A stretch of 64,000 nt of DNA from Takakia lepidozioides (lineage: Eukaryota; Plantae; Bryophyta), in contig CM060732.1 in NCBI GenBank assembly GCA_030704615.1, positions 5,456,001-5,520,000 on the forward strand, in the 5' to 3' direction. This document shows, one piece after another, positions 36,198 through 49,725 of the stretch. Numbering within the stretch: the stretch's first letter is position 1; each line of letters starts with the position of its first letter. The position numbers and the translations under genes were made by a program. A model generated the notes under the pieces. That model saw nothing but the letters and a program-made list of their open reading frames with translations. It had not been told where the DNA came from and made no database searches.

Positions 36198-39100
36198 AGT
36201 GCGGAATTTTTTGTGTTTGTCAAAAGGGGCTTACAGCAGGCGACACAAGCTTACGTGCGTGACTTGAGCGCACGACTAGTCACAAATGGGGGGCACCAAC
36301 CACCCTGTCTTTGAAGTGCACATTGTACACTAGTATTGTAGCATAGTGGTTGAGGCTCCCTCTTTGCATTGCAGGGAAGTCATTATGGTACCAAGGTTTG
36401 TGGGTGTTAGAGGAGCTTGGTTGTTCCATCAAAAGTGTTGCTATGTAAACACCATGCACAAACAAGGCAAAAGAAGAGCGTTTTTGGCAGAGCACATTGC
36501 TTGCACAGAATTCAGATTGATTCTTGGCTCCTTGTCATCTCTTCCAAGGAGTTTGTGAGCCTCTTGAGCTATTGACAAGCATTGAAGTTATCAACTGTCT
36601 TGCTGGCATTGCCATAGATGGATGGAATATTACAACCATCTATCCATGATTGCTGCTACAGATTGTTGCTATGGTCTGTCATATCATTTCTGTATGCGCT
36701 CTTGCATGTCTTAGTTTGAAGAGTGAGCCAGTGACTTTTAGCTTCCATGGTGACAGTCTCACAAACTAGCAGCTCAATCATACGAAACCCAAGATGACCT
36801 GCTTGATATCGGTTGGTCCTCACACTGCAACGCATTTGCTGAGGCATAGACACCTCCATAGGTGGACAGCAATATTATAAAAGTGATGTAGCTTCTATCC
36901 TCATCAGCTTCACATTATATGAGAGTTCAACAGAAGCATGCAAAGTGGTTACTTGAATGTAACTTAGATCTACGAAGTTCATGGTGATTCACCAGCTATA
37001 GAGGTTCTCTGCTTGATGGGTTTGGGTGCAGGCATTACTTACTCAAAAAACCGCCTAGAAATTCCCCTTTGTTAACACGGTAAGTTTCACCCTGACAGGA
37101 GGAGGTACCTTACGCCAGGTGTAAGACACCTAGGGCCTTACCTTAAAAAATTCGTAAGATGACGATTTTGGGGGGAGGCATGAAGGGGCAGGTTGGTTTT
37201 TGACGCCCGTGAAGGGTCAGCTGACTCATCAGCCCTTCCGCTGTCGAACGCGTGAACGTAAACGGTGGAAGGGCCTCATCAGCTGCCCTTCCCCTGTACA
37301 TAATAGATTTTACCCAGTCAGGCCTCTCACGCACCTTACGATTAATGGATAACCTGCTCTGACCAGATCGATACTTCTGCAGAAACGCTGCTGAATGTGA
37401 TAACTGCAAAAGAGATTGAATGAGTATCAGTTGGAGAACATTGAATGTCTTTGACCTCACGTCCACGGACATGCATCACCTGCAGACCACATGGTCATCT
37501 GCTGTGTCGCCATGACAAGCACTATAACCGAATGATGCCCCTAAGGAAGCAGGCACAACTCGTCACTTACATCGATAGATACCCACGATTTACAATCAAA
37601 GCAACCCCCATGCAGCCTAAAATAGAACAAAAGACTCTGACAATTGAATCAGGCAGAGCTGAGATGCTTCAGTTGCTATACAAGGGAAATGGCGTTTGTA
37701 TTCCCCCAACTTATGACGGGTCCAGGCGGAAGATGCAAACCAATTGTGACTGTGAGAGCAAGAAGAACACGACGTGGATAAAGACCGGCAAAACCCTACG
37801 ACTCGCAAAATTATCACTGTGCATAATGAGCTCGAACTTGATCTAATTGTTTTATGAGGACACGGGAGATACATCAGAACATTAGTGTTGATAAGCTGAG
37901 ATACAGATATCAAGGCGAGCTTGTGCGTCCTTGCACTGTTTCCTCTTGGTAGCCGTGCCCGCGCTACTACAAAAGCTTTGGACATCCTCGAATTCACTTG
38001 GACATAGCAACGACAACACGCACATAGCGGCCGCCTGGCTCAGACGTTTGCATAACATGCCTCGCTCTGGCTCCCTGGGATACTTTCTATAACAGTCTTG
38101 CATTGCCAAGATCTTCGTTAGGCAGCGGTGGTTTCGCATTCGCTCGTCCATCGAAATCTCCCCTTCTCCTCCATTCATTACTTGCCTGTAGAGGGAAACA
38201 AGGTAATGAAAAGAAGTGACATGGCTGCATGTGAGAAACAAAATAGGTAAGACTCAAAACTCCAGAAAAGATCAAATACTCCTACTCCAACCACGTCAAG
38301 GAAAAAGATCAGCCAGCGGCTACAGCTGCAGCAAGCCGTTGCTTGCTCTGATAGTCCGGTAAAACCCACTAACGCTGGACGTAGATGATGGTAGATCAGT
38401 CCAAAAGCGCATCCTTGTACTCCTTTGTCCGATAAATGGTCGTTCGTCGTGTCCCAAGTACCGGCCATATACGAACCGCTTGGAATCGTCGCGCTTTTAT
38501 TGGACGACTGTTACAACGTGGAACATTGAGAAAAAGAGAGAGACCTGGAGGGTGAGGGCGATGGCGAATGCGATAGAAAGAATAAGGCCATAGTCGTTGT
38601 ATGTTCGATACAGTTGCTGTTGATACTATTGCTACTATTGTTTTTTTTTGTTTTTTTTTCTATTGTTCCTTGTGTCATCCTCATGTTTTTGGTTTTCGTT
38701 AACTTCTCAACACCAAATTACTGGGACCTAAAGGAGACACGCTCCAAAACCCACCGCGATGAGGTCTGTAGTCTGTACTTGGTGCTTCACATGTACGTCA
38801 ATCTGCTCTTTTGTTTCCGAATTGCACTCTTCCATTTTTATGTGCTCGCTGACAAAGTTGAGTAAGTTCGTGGTTAGGATGGAGAGAGTTACGTATGCGG
38901 TTCATTATGTGCGCAAATATATTTCATAGACGTTGTTTAGGATACAGTTACGTTTCTTCTTTTCTTTCTTTCATTCAGAAGTGGATGGCAATCGAAACTG
39001 TGTTTGTTGCATCTATCTTTCGATCTGTATGTGTGTGTGTTTTTCGATGTTGTCGTCAAAGTACCATGGTCTTAAAAAGTCAAAGAAATGTAGGGTTGAT

Positions 39101-39559
39101 GTGAACACATCATGAATTTGGAGTTAGAGGGAGTGACTGAGATACGAAATGCAAAGCATGAGAGATGTTGCTTTTGCATGGGGGGAGAGAGATAGAGAGA
39201 CAACTGACCATTGATTCTTTCCATGTGGAAAATGACAGTCAAGATGCAGCAAGATGTGCGTTGCGAAAGACTGCAACAGTAAAGACCTTCCCTCCTCCAC
39301 CTCCCTTCTTTTCTTTCTAGTGGGGGCAGGGTGATAAACTCTTGCTTTCTAAAGATGGATCGAGACATTTCCTCTTCCCCTCTTTCCTAGTGGCCCCCAA
39401 TTGCTACAGAAGAGGCAACGCAAGCAACGGGCTTCATCTCATTATCATTTTCTAAGAGGGTACATGGAATTGGACAAGTTTGTGACAAACACAACACTGA
39501 ATAAAAGATGTGGAGAGGATAGTGAGAGATGCATAAACTGTGTTGGGTTTTGGTGCTTA

Positions 39560-39794
39560 TGTGCAGACTCCTTGTTTTGCGCTAATTTGCTGGAAAATTG
39601 CACCGGCTGCCGTAAGATGGGCTAACGTTACTGTGAGCATAGATATGACACTCCTTCGGGCTGGCTCATGACAGCCATAAGCATCTGATATGGGAAGATT
39701 TGTGGAGTTGGATACACAGGGTGCCCTCAGGATAAACCCTGTGACGAGCTTGATGCATGCTGCAAGCTGCATGACAAATGTGTTGATGAGAAGG
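39560..39794 (+). pseudogene. Secretory phospholipase A2 (plant group XI) pseudogene exons
   Basis: Exon 39675-39794 reads ISI*YGKICGVGYTGCPQDKPCDELDACCKLHDKCVDEK: Ca-loop YGKxCG and catalytic DACCxxHDxC; TGA at 39686 replaces the usual Arg; downstream exon not found. Confidence 0.85.
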
Positions 39795-40249
39795 GTGAGA
39801 TCTTCACAACTTCAAATTTCTGCATTTAAGGGGTATCTGTTCTCCTCTTGTCAATTTACAGAGCTGGCTATTCCCCTCAATCATGACATCCACCAGACAA
39901 TCATGATAAAAATGCACATCCTTTTTATGAGGAAGAATGTTTATCAGCTCTATCTCCAATTCATGGATGTTGTTGTTGCTGCCAGGGTGACTTGAAAAAA
40001 AACAGTAGAAACTTGCACAAGAAAATTGCAAGTAGTTTTCATGAGCAACAGAAATGGCTATCTTCTGAAAAATTGAGAAATCCAGAAGTTGTCAGTAAAC
40101 CATCGGCATGTGAAGAAAACACTGGTTGGATGGCAGGTGTGAGGCAAGTTATTGTTTCTTAAGGTGGAGCTTGACTAGGTTGTCATTCCACAGATCTTTC
40201 TGATTAGGATTTGTTACTCTGCCAAAGGTGGTAAGGCCGTAAGTGGAAC

Positions 40250-41940
40250 TCAACGGAAATGCGGCGCCGAATTTCCGTTTTGCATCTCAGGCATGAAACC
40301 GCATTTCCATTCCGGATTCAACTCAACGCTGTCTGGAACGGAAATGCGGCGCCGCATTTCCGTTTTCACTGTAGCTCATCAGACGTTGGGACGGAAATGC
40401 GGTGCCGCATTTCCTACCGTGGCATACAATTTCCAGCAGTTCCAACGGAATGCCCATCAACATTCCCGTGCTGGCTCCTGCTTCATGATAAATGATCACG
40501 TGGCCCAACGGAAATGCGGCACCGCATTTCCATGTGTCTCGAGTCCACCCTGGCATTTGTATCCTGCATCGGGATGCAAAAGGTAATGCGAGATCGAACG
40601 GTAGTAATGCGACGCCGCATTTTGATGTCTGCACTCATGTTGGCTGAAGTGGCAGGAGGCGGCGCGGCCTGACCGTTGGATAATGATGTTTGTTCGGCAG
40701 ACTGCATGCGTACCTTTAACGATTCGAATTTCCTAATGACGCATAGTTGACGAGGAGACTCTTCCAGCCCAGCCTTTCGAACCCAAGCAATGCATCCCCG
40801 CCGTTTCATGTTCTTTTGTCGTGGTTGCTCATTCACCCCTCTCGCGCCCTTTCCATCTGCACTCTTCGCCCCTTTTCCGTACCTCTGTTCTTCTTATGCT
40901 CCAACCTGAGAGGGAGGAAGTTCCTGCACCAGAGAAGAGACGTCGTCGCAAGCTCCGCAAGTTGTACTTCGGACCAAGGCCAATGCCGAAGGGGAAGAAG
41001 CAGATGCGTCTTCAGATGGTCATCGCGCAGCAGCAGGCAACGCAGGCAACCTAGCTCCCAGTGAGAGCTCCGTGCTATCGGGATGCGCGCAACTGATCGA
41101 GCACCGAAACCCTCCCTCCTTTTTGTTGTGCAATTATTTAGACTGTATAATAGGACACTTGAATGCAGAAGATGTTTGCATGCCTAACTCGAAAGGTGGA
41201 GGTGGTGGAGGGATCGTAGGAATCCAAAGTGCCGCAGGAAGAATCCATGGAGGTAGCTGCAGCACGCACACCTAGCCGATCCACGAGCAAGGGTCTTCCT
41301 GCCGGGCCTAGCCCTGTGCGTTTCAAGGACACGGTTTGGAAAGGCAAGGCTTTGAAGTTGAAAGCACAAGACAAAGACGCACGGTTGAAGCTCATGGACA
41401 ATCGCCAGTAGGGGTCGTCCCCTTCTCCAGCAAAAAGCAAGAAGAAGCAGCCCGTGCTTGAAGACATTTCCGAACCGGACAAGGCTTCCCCCCCCCACCC
41501 CCCAAGAAAATGAAGCAGAAGGGGGCAGTGCAGATTCAAATGTAGCAGACACCTTCACCTGCAAAGATTAAGAAGCAGAAGGCAATCATAGGGAAGGTGG
41601 AGCAGCCTCTCGCAAAACCGGTTCCACGAGCTGAAGCCCAATTCCTGCTTGATTTTGAGACACGTGATGTTGGCGGTGTCTCTGCTGCAGCCAAGGCAAC
41701 GGGACCGACCGATGTCATCAATCTGTCAGCGGAGGAGGGTGCTGCTGCTGAACGTTCGTAGCAGGACTTCTCCACCATTCTGGAAGAACTTCAGAATACT
41801 GTAGGCCCGGAGGAGGCCTCTGCAATGCGACAACTGCCCGCAGATATTCCCCAGACTACAGGTGCAGTTGGGGATGCTCCATCTGCTCAGCCCCTACCGC
41901 CACCTGCAGACATGTCTCCGAAGGAAATCCAAAGTGCACT
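40250..41940 (+). mobile_element. Third, internal fragment of the Mutator-like family: palindromes plus 5' exons of the ParB-methyltransferase gene, with stops
   Basis: Nucleotide-level inverted match to about 14455-15860 (MPKGKKQMRLQ, AGPSPVRFKD, PRAEAQFL, DMSP); palindromes near 40255, 40340, 40393, 40510, 40606. Confidence 0.9.
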
Positions 41941-42584
41941 GCTCTTTTTACTACTCTCTCATTACCAGGCCTTGTACCCTTCTGCCCTCCTAGATTAGGC
42001 TTGCTCTCTCGTAACTAATCTGTTTCTAATCACCGCCCAACAATTATAATAGTACTAAGTGCACATCCTTCCCTGGATGTGCCTACACGCAAAACACTTA
42101 AATATTAGGACACATGGCCCTCAATTAAGTCTGAATAATATCAGAAGGACCCAAAACTTGATTATAATCTCCTGCTTAGTCACGTATCATACGGTCTAAG
42201 GCGGCAGTGTGCCAGTCGCTGATCGAAGTCTCATCAACGCTCTGCATGCTGCTATTCCGTCCGCTCTTCGTTTATCATTCATCCGGATCCTCATCCTTTG
42301 TACATAGGCAAAATACCAACTTCCCACTCCCATGAACGCCTGCCGCCAGTGCTGACTGTTCACTTCTCATCCATCCATTCCCAGTCAAAGTATTGACTTC
42401 ACATCCTTATTTTCATTCATCATTTAATACGTGTCTCCATCCTTGCTTATCTTCATCACTCCTTCATCAACTGGCTGATCATTCATCCGGTTTACCCTAA
42501 GTTCTCTCTCACTGTTTTAAGTGTTGCGCACCTTCGCCAAAATACAAGTGCACAACCCGTCACCAGTTTTACCCTTACAGCATT

Positions 42585-44665
42585 CACCACTTGAATGACC
42601 CATTGAATGAACTTGGTTCAAGCTCATATTTGGTCCACATGCACTTAAGTATGTCCAGATCGCATATGCAAAGTCACAAAAGATGAGCAACATTAATAAA
42701 TATGCTCATCAACAATGCATGAACTTGAAGAGAACTCAACCTTGGAGTGCAAATGAGGGAAGAAAATATGGTTTTGGGTGCAGATGATGTCTGTTCACTG
42801 CGCCATCACCAGCATGGAAGACTAAGCGAGATAGGTGAGAGTGTGGGCTCAAAGGCCAGAAGGCTATGGCAAACAATATCTTATGAGCACCTTCTCTCCC
42901 TCTCTTGAAGGGAATTTTCGAAAAACAAGGATAGGAGAGAGGGGTCAATGGCCAGAAAGCTACGGCCCCGGGATACAACAAAGACGAAAATGGATTTGGA
43001 AAAACTAGGAAGTTCTGGCACTGAGTTGTTGCACGTCGTTGCTTTTGTGGGAGTTGTTTGATATAATCACCTAAGTCGTAGCAGGGATCCACTGTCAGGA
43101 GACAACGTTGACGTCTAGATACATCAGATAACTTCTAGAGAACCTCGGATTAGGCGCATACTAAACTTCTTTGGTGAAATCCTCGATTCCTTGACGAATT
43201 CGAAAGGTGGACAATCTCATCGAAAAAATCCAAGAGCTTGAGAAAGCAGCTCGAAATCTAAAGGAGGAGAGAAACAGACAACTGGGTTCTCCCTCCCCTC
43301 GAACGCCCTCACCGGCATGGAAGACTAAGCGAGATAGGCGAGAGTGGGTTCAAAGGCCAGAAGGCTATGGCAAACAATGTCTTATGAGCACCTTCTCTCC
43401 CTCCCTTGAAGGGAATTTTCAAAAAACAAGGATGGGAGAGAGGGGTCATTGGGTGCAATACTCTTCGTCACAAAAAAACCTCGCGCACATGCTCGGGTAG
43501 GATGGTAGAGATAAGCACAACATCGGATGATTTCGCTTTGTATAAAGCTTTGGCCTTATTTCAAGATCATGGTTATTGGTTTTCAAGATCGTTGTCTCCA
43601 CTGTCAGGAGACAACGTTAACATCTAGATACATCAGATAACTTCTAGAGAACCTCGGATTAGGCACATACTAAACTTCTTTGGTGGCATCCTCGATTCTT
43701 TGACAAATTCGAAAGGTTTTGTCACCGAACGACGCAATTGCAATCGGTGCAATACTCTTCGTCAAAGAAACACGCGCGCACATGCTCAGGTAGGATGGTA
43801 GAGAGAAGCACAACATCGGATGATTTCGCTTTATATAAAGCTTTGGCCTTAATTCAAAATCAACATCAAATCAAACATCAAATCATGAAATGATCAAACC
43901 ATCAGATAAAACAATAAAATAAAATCAACAAATTGTTTTTGGAGGAACAAGAGATTATTGCAAGACCATTGATCAAGGGTGCAATACTCTTCGTCACAAA
44001 AAAACCTAAGCACATGCTCAGGTACGATGGTAGAGAGAAACACAACATCGGATGATTCCGCAAACATCAAATATCAAACATCAAACATAAAATGAACAAA
44101 CCATGAATCGATTAACGATTAACAATCTGAAGGAATACTTCCATGATTTTGGATTAACGATTGATGATAACGAACATAACTGAGTGGAAAGCCTGATCCC
44201 TATGGATCATTCCTGGATGTTTTTTTGGGGTTTGAAAATTCTTCACCACCTTAGGCCTGGGTGAAGTACAATCAATGGATGACATTAACGACCGAAGTCA
44301 TTAGTGATGTTCCTGTAGAGCAATTGTAAATTGGCCTCTCCTGCATCATAAATAATTCACATTCTTTCCCTCCACAAAACCATGTAGATACACATTGCTG
44401 GTCATAAGCTAAAAATATTTACGTACATGTTTGTAATGAGAGCATTTAGGTAATTGTCGGCTCCCTTTATTTGCACATGATGGGTGTAATTTGCTGGATA
44501 TCCCATTAACATTTCGACCTCCATGTGATTTACATAGTGCAGAGTCTTGATGCCAATTTATATCACTTGCTCCAGTTGCACGTCGTTGGCTTTGTGGGAG
44601 TTGTTTGACATAATGTCCTAAGGCGTAGCAGACATCCAAGACAACGTTGACATCTAGATACATCA
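42585..44665. repeat. Internally duplicated dispersed repeat, same family as 57925-58565
   Basis: TCTAGATACATCAGATAACTTCTAGAGAACCTCGG near 43115 and 43623; CACCRGCATGGAAGACTAAGCGAGATAGG twice; GAAGAGAACTCAA..ATGAGGGAAGAAAA shared with 57940 and 58285. Confidence 0.7.
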
Positions 44666-44889
44666 GAAGAAGAAAAAAGTATGACGCCTCCCGAAGGGAG
44701 CGTAACTTATGGTGTCACTTCATCACAAGGGCTACTGCCTTCCAGCTGAAAGGTGAACACCTTCATTCTGCAGCTTCACTCTGAAGCTCCAATGATGTTG
44801 CCTTGCTTCGCCCCCACGCCAATAAGGATCTGTCAATCGTCCAGCAAGCAAAAAGACATGAACCCCAGTCTCACGCCCACCACTCTGCT

Positions 44890-45660
44890 GGTTAGTTGGC
44901 TTAGCAGCAAGAAATTCATATGGATTCTTGGTTGTCCCTTGCATCACCTAGAAATCGACCGAGCAGAGTGGTTGTGGAAATTCGCAAACAACTATGATCC
45001 CTTCTTCACATACTCGGCCAAGAAGACCTGTAAAGCCCTCCTAAATCCTCAGCCAATGCTAAACAAATGGAATGAACGCTGGTTAGGGTAGGTTTTTCAC
45101 AACGAAAACTAGTTAATAATCTGGACCACAATTTGGGACAAATCAAAGCCAGCAAAGATTGGTGCATTCCTATGGCAGATAGAAAAGAGACTTTTGAAAG
45201 TTGAGCAGTGGTTGGAATTCCCTGAGGAACTTCTGTGCAAGTGTTGTCAAGCAGGGATCATTGAATCCATAGAACACTGTATGTTTGATTGCAAGGCACC
45301 CAGGACAATTTGCCACTGATTACCGCTTTCTACCAAACTTGGTATCATGGCCCATTGCCCTGGCTAGCTCTTTTGTTGAACTACACCACTCAAACTTAGG
45401 ACAGAGCCAGCATTTGTCTGGTTTTCAAAGCCCTCAAGGCTGCAACCTTATGGCGCCTATGGAAGGCCAGATGCTCTAGGACTTTCACTGGCTCCAACCT
45501 CCACTCTCCTCTCTTCCATTTTCCTTGATATAACGATTGAGGCTAAGAAGGCGTGGTTAAACCTGTGTGAAGACATCAGCAAGAATCCAGACAATGCAGC
45601 TTCACTCCACTCCCTCTTCAAATCAACCCACCCCCGGCCAAGCAAAACCTCATATGCCAC
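44890..45660 (+). mobile_element. L1-type LINE 3' fragment (zf-RVT region), degenerate
   Basis: IWTTIWDKSKPAKIGAFLWQI..LCKCCQAGIIESIEHCMFDC; ATLWRLWKARC. Confidence 0.75.
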
Positions 45661-47259
45661 AGCCCTTCGCTAGGAGCATGCCATCGGTCCAAAGTCATCC
45701 CCGCCCAAGGGTAGGGGCTCAGTGCAACAATCCACTGATTCTCCATAGTGTGAGAGCACTACAACAGATCATGGCTTTTATGTCTTCCACAGCCTGCCAG
45801 TGATGATTTCCATGTCTATGAATATGACTTCATAGACGTAGGAAGTGAAACCGAACTTGGAGAAATACATATTTATGACTTCGTGACTCCGCAACAACCT
45901 GTGGATCTTCGGTCAAACATGGTTGACCGCTGTTAGAAATATGGTTGATATTACTTGAGCTACTACATGACTACACGTGTCATCCCACCATTGATCGAGA
46001 ATACATCACATGTTAATGAAATGAATGAATGAATAATTAAATGTTCACATGGATGAACATTCCATTCCATTCATATGTTAGGGAGTGCCCTCCATGGGGA
46101 ATGACACAAAGTGTAAAAGGGTCAAAACATGAAGAAGGTTCAAGGTTTAAAAAATTCAAAAAGTTGGCAATTAGGTGCAGCGCGTTTAGGTTGGGACTTT
46201 AGCGTTTTCATCTGTCTTCTTAGTGCAGAGGCCTGCAAATTCAATATGCATCTCAAGGCCGAGTCTGATGAGAGGGCCCTCACCACATTGTCCCTGACCT
46301 TGTGTCATGACCCATGGAGGATTTGACCGACCATCAACCCAAAAGGACCTCTTGTGTGTGCTGTTTGTGTCTGTAGTCAGGTAATGACGGATTGGTCTAT
46401 GAGAACCACCACGGTGCAGCTGAGCAGGCATAGATTGAAACACGGCCTGCTAAGACCAAGCTGACGCTCCCAAGAACCTTGTAAACATCAGGAAGAATAC
46501 CAAATCATGGTACTAACAGGAGCCAAGAGCCCACCTTTGCAGGATGGACAAACTTCTTCTCATCGTACATTAAGAAAAAGCCATACCTTGCGATTGCGGT
46601 TGTCCCACCATCGTGAAGGATCTTAAAAAAACTCATGACAGTTCTCTGCTTTTCAGTGGCGGCTCGTTGGGTGGGTCTGTGGTGGTTTGGAGTGACTTTG
46701 ACAAGTTACTGCCGATGTGGCAGCAGGAAAGTATCCAGAAACACATCCCAGATTCCAGAGCCAATTTTCTGTGAGGTTTTGAGAAAGACATGAAAGTAAG
46801 CTGACAACGCGGGTCTGTAGATTTGCGTCGAGACCTGAGAGTGAGGTCTGTCCAATTTCAGCCACCACTGCTGAAGTCGTTTTCTAACAGAAGAATATGT
46901 GACCAGCAGCTCTGGTGAATTTAGATTGCAAGTTATGACATACTCTGTTGATTACTTTTGTGACAAGCTATAAGACTACGTATCTGGACCTCAAGGGGGA
47001 GGAGCGGGGATCTGGTGGTCGGTGCATGCATTGGACGGGATAGTGGAGCCAGTAGTGGTGGGAACCGATGGTGACTGTCCAAACATGAAGTCAGGAAACA
47101 AATTGACATTGTTGTGTTAATGTTTCATCAGCCGAACCAGTTTGTCCTTATTTCAATGAGGCTAGGAACCAATCCGTTGCCACAGTACTCTGTCCATAAG
47201 GAGCTCATGATTAGATTCTGATAACATTATTTGGAGTGGTTGACAATGGGATGGGTGTG

Positions 47260-48465
47260 CATACACTGTTCAAATGTATGGCAATTCCGTTTTCCACCAT
47301 GACTTTATTTACAAGCATAATGCCCCTCTATGGAAGTAGCCTTGCATATGTGGGACCTGTTGGGGTGATTTGGGGCTGGGTGGTGGTGACCTTTTTTACC
47401 TGGTTTGTGGGCTTTGCAATGGCTGAAATTTGCTCCTCTTTTCCACTAAGTTCTTCATTTCTCACACTGAAAATCCATGGCCATGGCTGTAATGTATACA
47501 GGAGGCTGCCAAGTCTATGTTTCTCACAGATTTTGTCAAAGCAAAATATGTTGAAGTCTCTTGCTTCTGACGGTCTATTTCATATGAATGGACCATTGTC
47601 TTCTCTAGTGTGAAGGTGCTTGTACCAACAGTAGTAAGCCACAGTTCATGTTTGTTTCTGGGTTGATTGGGAAATGACAGACAACAGGGTCACTCTACTT
47701 TTGGGCAGCGCACTTGGCGGGGCCTAGATGGGGCCTCGCAGCATCGTGGATATGTGCATGGCTGGAAGCCATTGACCTGATTGCTGGTATTGGGACTCAG
47801 GTAGGACCATGAAGTGTTCTTCTGGTACATGTCCATTGTTTGGGAGGTTGTCATTAGAGTCAAGACCCCTACTAGCTGGTGGAATTTGTAATCCTCTTAA
47901 GACGCTGTCCAGGGTAAAGGTCACTCTAGCATGAGACGTCATGACTGAGCTTTGATAACTCTATACTTCCATTATGGTTCTATCAGGAGAAGTCTATCCT
48001 ATGGGTCTTACAGCTGAAGTCATTTTCCCTCTTTGTGTTGCACTCATTGCTTGAAAATGGCAATTTTTTGAGGGCCTACAGGCAGGTTCCTACTGCATTG
48101 CCATATTACCATGTAGTTGTTTGAACTTATATATATGTCAATGTGTCAAAAAATCCTCCATTGCAATCCATCAGCACTACTTAGGACCCTGAACTCCAAA
48201 GACTCATGTACCTTGAACCCACAGCATTTAAGGGCCAGCCTCTTTGTTTATATCCTCTAGGCATGACCTATGAACTGATTGTTGAGAATTCTTGTGGTTG
48301 TCCTGGTTGGTCAGTCAGTATTCACTATATGGGTACGATGCTGCAGCACATTTGACGGAGGAGACAAGAGGGGCTGATATTAATGGCCCAATTGCAATTC
48401 TGTCCAGTATTGGTCTCATTTCTCTCTTCGGGTGGGCATTCATGGCTCTCACATTTAGTATCAAG
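47260..48465 (+). pseudogene. BAT1-like (APC family) amino-acid/GABA permease pseudogene fragments
   Basis: FSTMTLFT..PLYGSSLAY.GP..WGWVVVTFFTWFVGFAMAEICSSFP (donor reads CTAAGT, not GT); TTGSLYFWAAHLAGPRWG..AGIGTQ; SQYSLYGYDAAAHLTEETRGAD.NGPIAILSSIG; intervening and terminal exons missing. Confidence 0.85.
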
Positions 48466-48544
48466 GTAACCAGTCCATTTCCATTTCCTTCAGCTGTTTA
48501 ATCGTGATGGGAAGTTTTAGTTTGGAGGTGAGGAAAAGCTTTTG

Positions 48545-49725
48545 GAATGAACACTTTTCCGACCCCAGTCAATGGCGGGACAATGGAGACAAAAAGGTGA
48601 ATGCATGTTAGACTACAGAGAGAAGCAGATGCAATTCAGAATTGGAACTACTGTAATAATTAGGGTTGGGGTGTTTGCTGAAAGAACTTCACGCCGTCAG
48701 TGTCAGCTGCTAGCAGCAAGTATTCATGATTTGTACACAGGCAGGGATAGCTGAAGGACCAGGGATAGAGGTCCAGATTCATCCAAGAGGGCCGGATTTC
48801 AAACAGAAGATTACTTCTGATTCCTTGTGGATCAATAGCTACAAGAAACTGCGTGGGTAGATGGTCAACTGGAAACAGCAAGGGCAGCTGCACAATTGAT
48901 AGAACAAGGCACTGCTAATGAAGGCACGCACCTTCTTCAACACATTTTAGCCTGTTTTTCCCTGTTATCAGAGTTGTCCCTAAATTTTCATGTTGAATTA
49001 TGCTGCAAGTTAGCTCGTTGGTGGATCTATGGTGGTTTTGGAGTGATTTTGACATGTTACTTCCAATGTGGCAGCAGGTAAGTATCGAAAAAAAGATAAC
49101 AAAGACGAGGAGAAGCTCTGGAATGAATACGTTTCCGATCCCAGTCAATGGTGAACAATTGAGGCAAAAAGGTGAATGACTATTGGAAGCAGACGCATAG
49201 GAACTAGTGTGATAAGTAGCTAGCAGCAAGCCAAGGATGTATGCATGATTTGTGCATGGATAGCTGAAGGAGCAGGGGATAGAGTGTGGGTCCAGATTCA
49301 TCCAAGAGGGCCAGATTTCAAGCACAAGATTACCTATGATTCCCTGTGGATCAATCACTACCAGAAACCTGCATGGGTAGATGGTCAACTGAAAACCGCA
49401 GCGGCAGCGGCACAATTTGATAAAATCAGGCACTGCTAATGAAGGCACCTTCTTCAATACATTTCACCCTGTTTCTCCCTCTTATCAGAATCGGCATGTT
49501 GAATTCTGCAAGTTAGCTGGTTGAGTGAACCTTTGATAGTTTGGAGTGACTTTGACATGATACTGCCAATGTGACAGCAGGAAAGTATCCAGAAACAGGT
49601 AACAGAGACGAGGAGAAGCTGTGTATGCATGATTTGTGCAGAGGCATGGATAGCTGAAGGAGCAGGGATAGAGTGTGGGTCCAGATTCATCCAAGAGGGC
49701 CAGATTTCAAGCTCGAGATTACCTC
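48545..49725 (+). repeat. Diverged tandem triplication (units about 400-550 bp)
   Basis: GATAGCTGAAGGA..GGTCCAGATTCATCCAAGAGGGCC near 48747, 49259, 49649; TTTGGAGTGAYTTTGACA..GCAGGAAAGTATC also near 46686. Confidence 0.75.
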
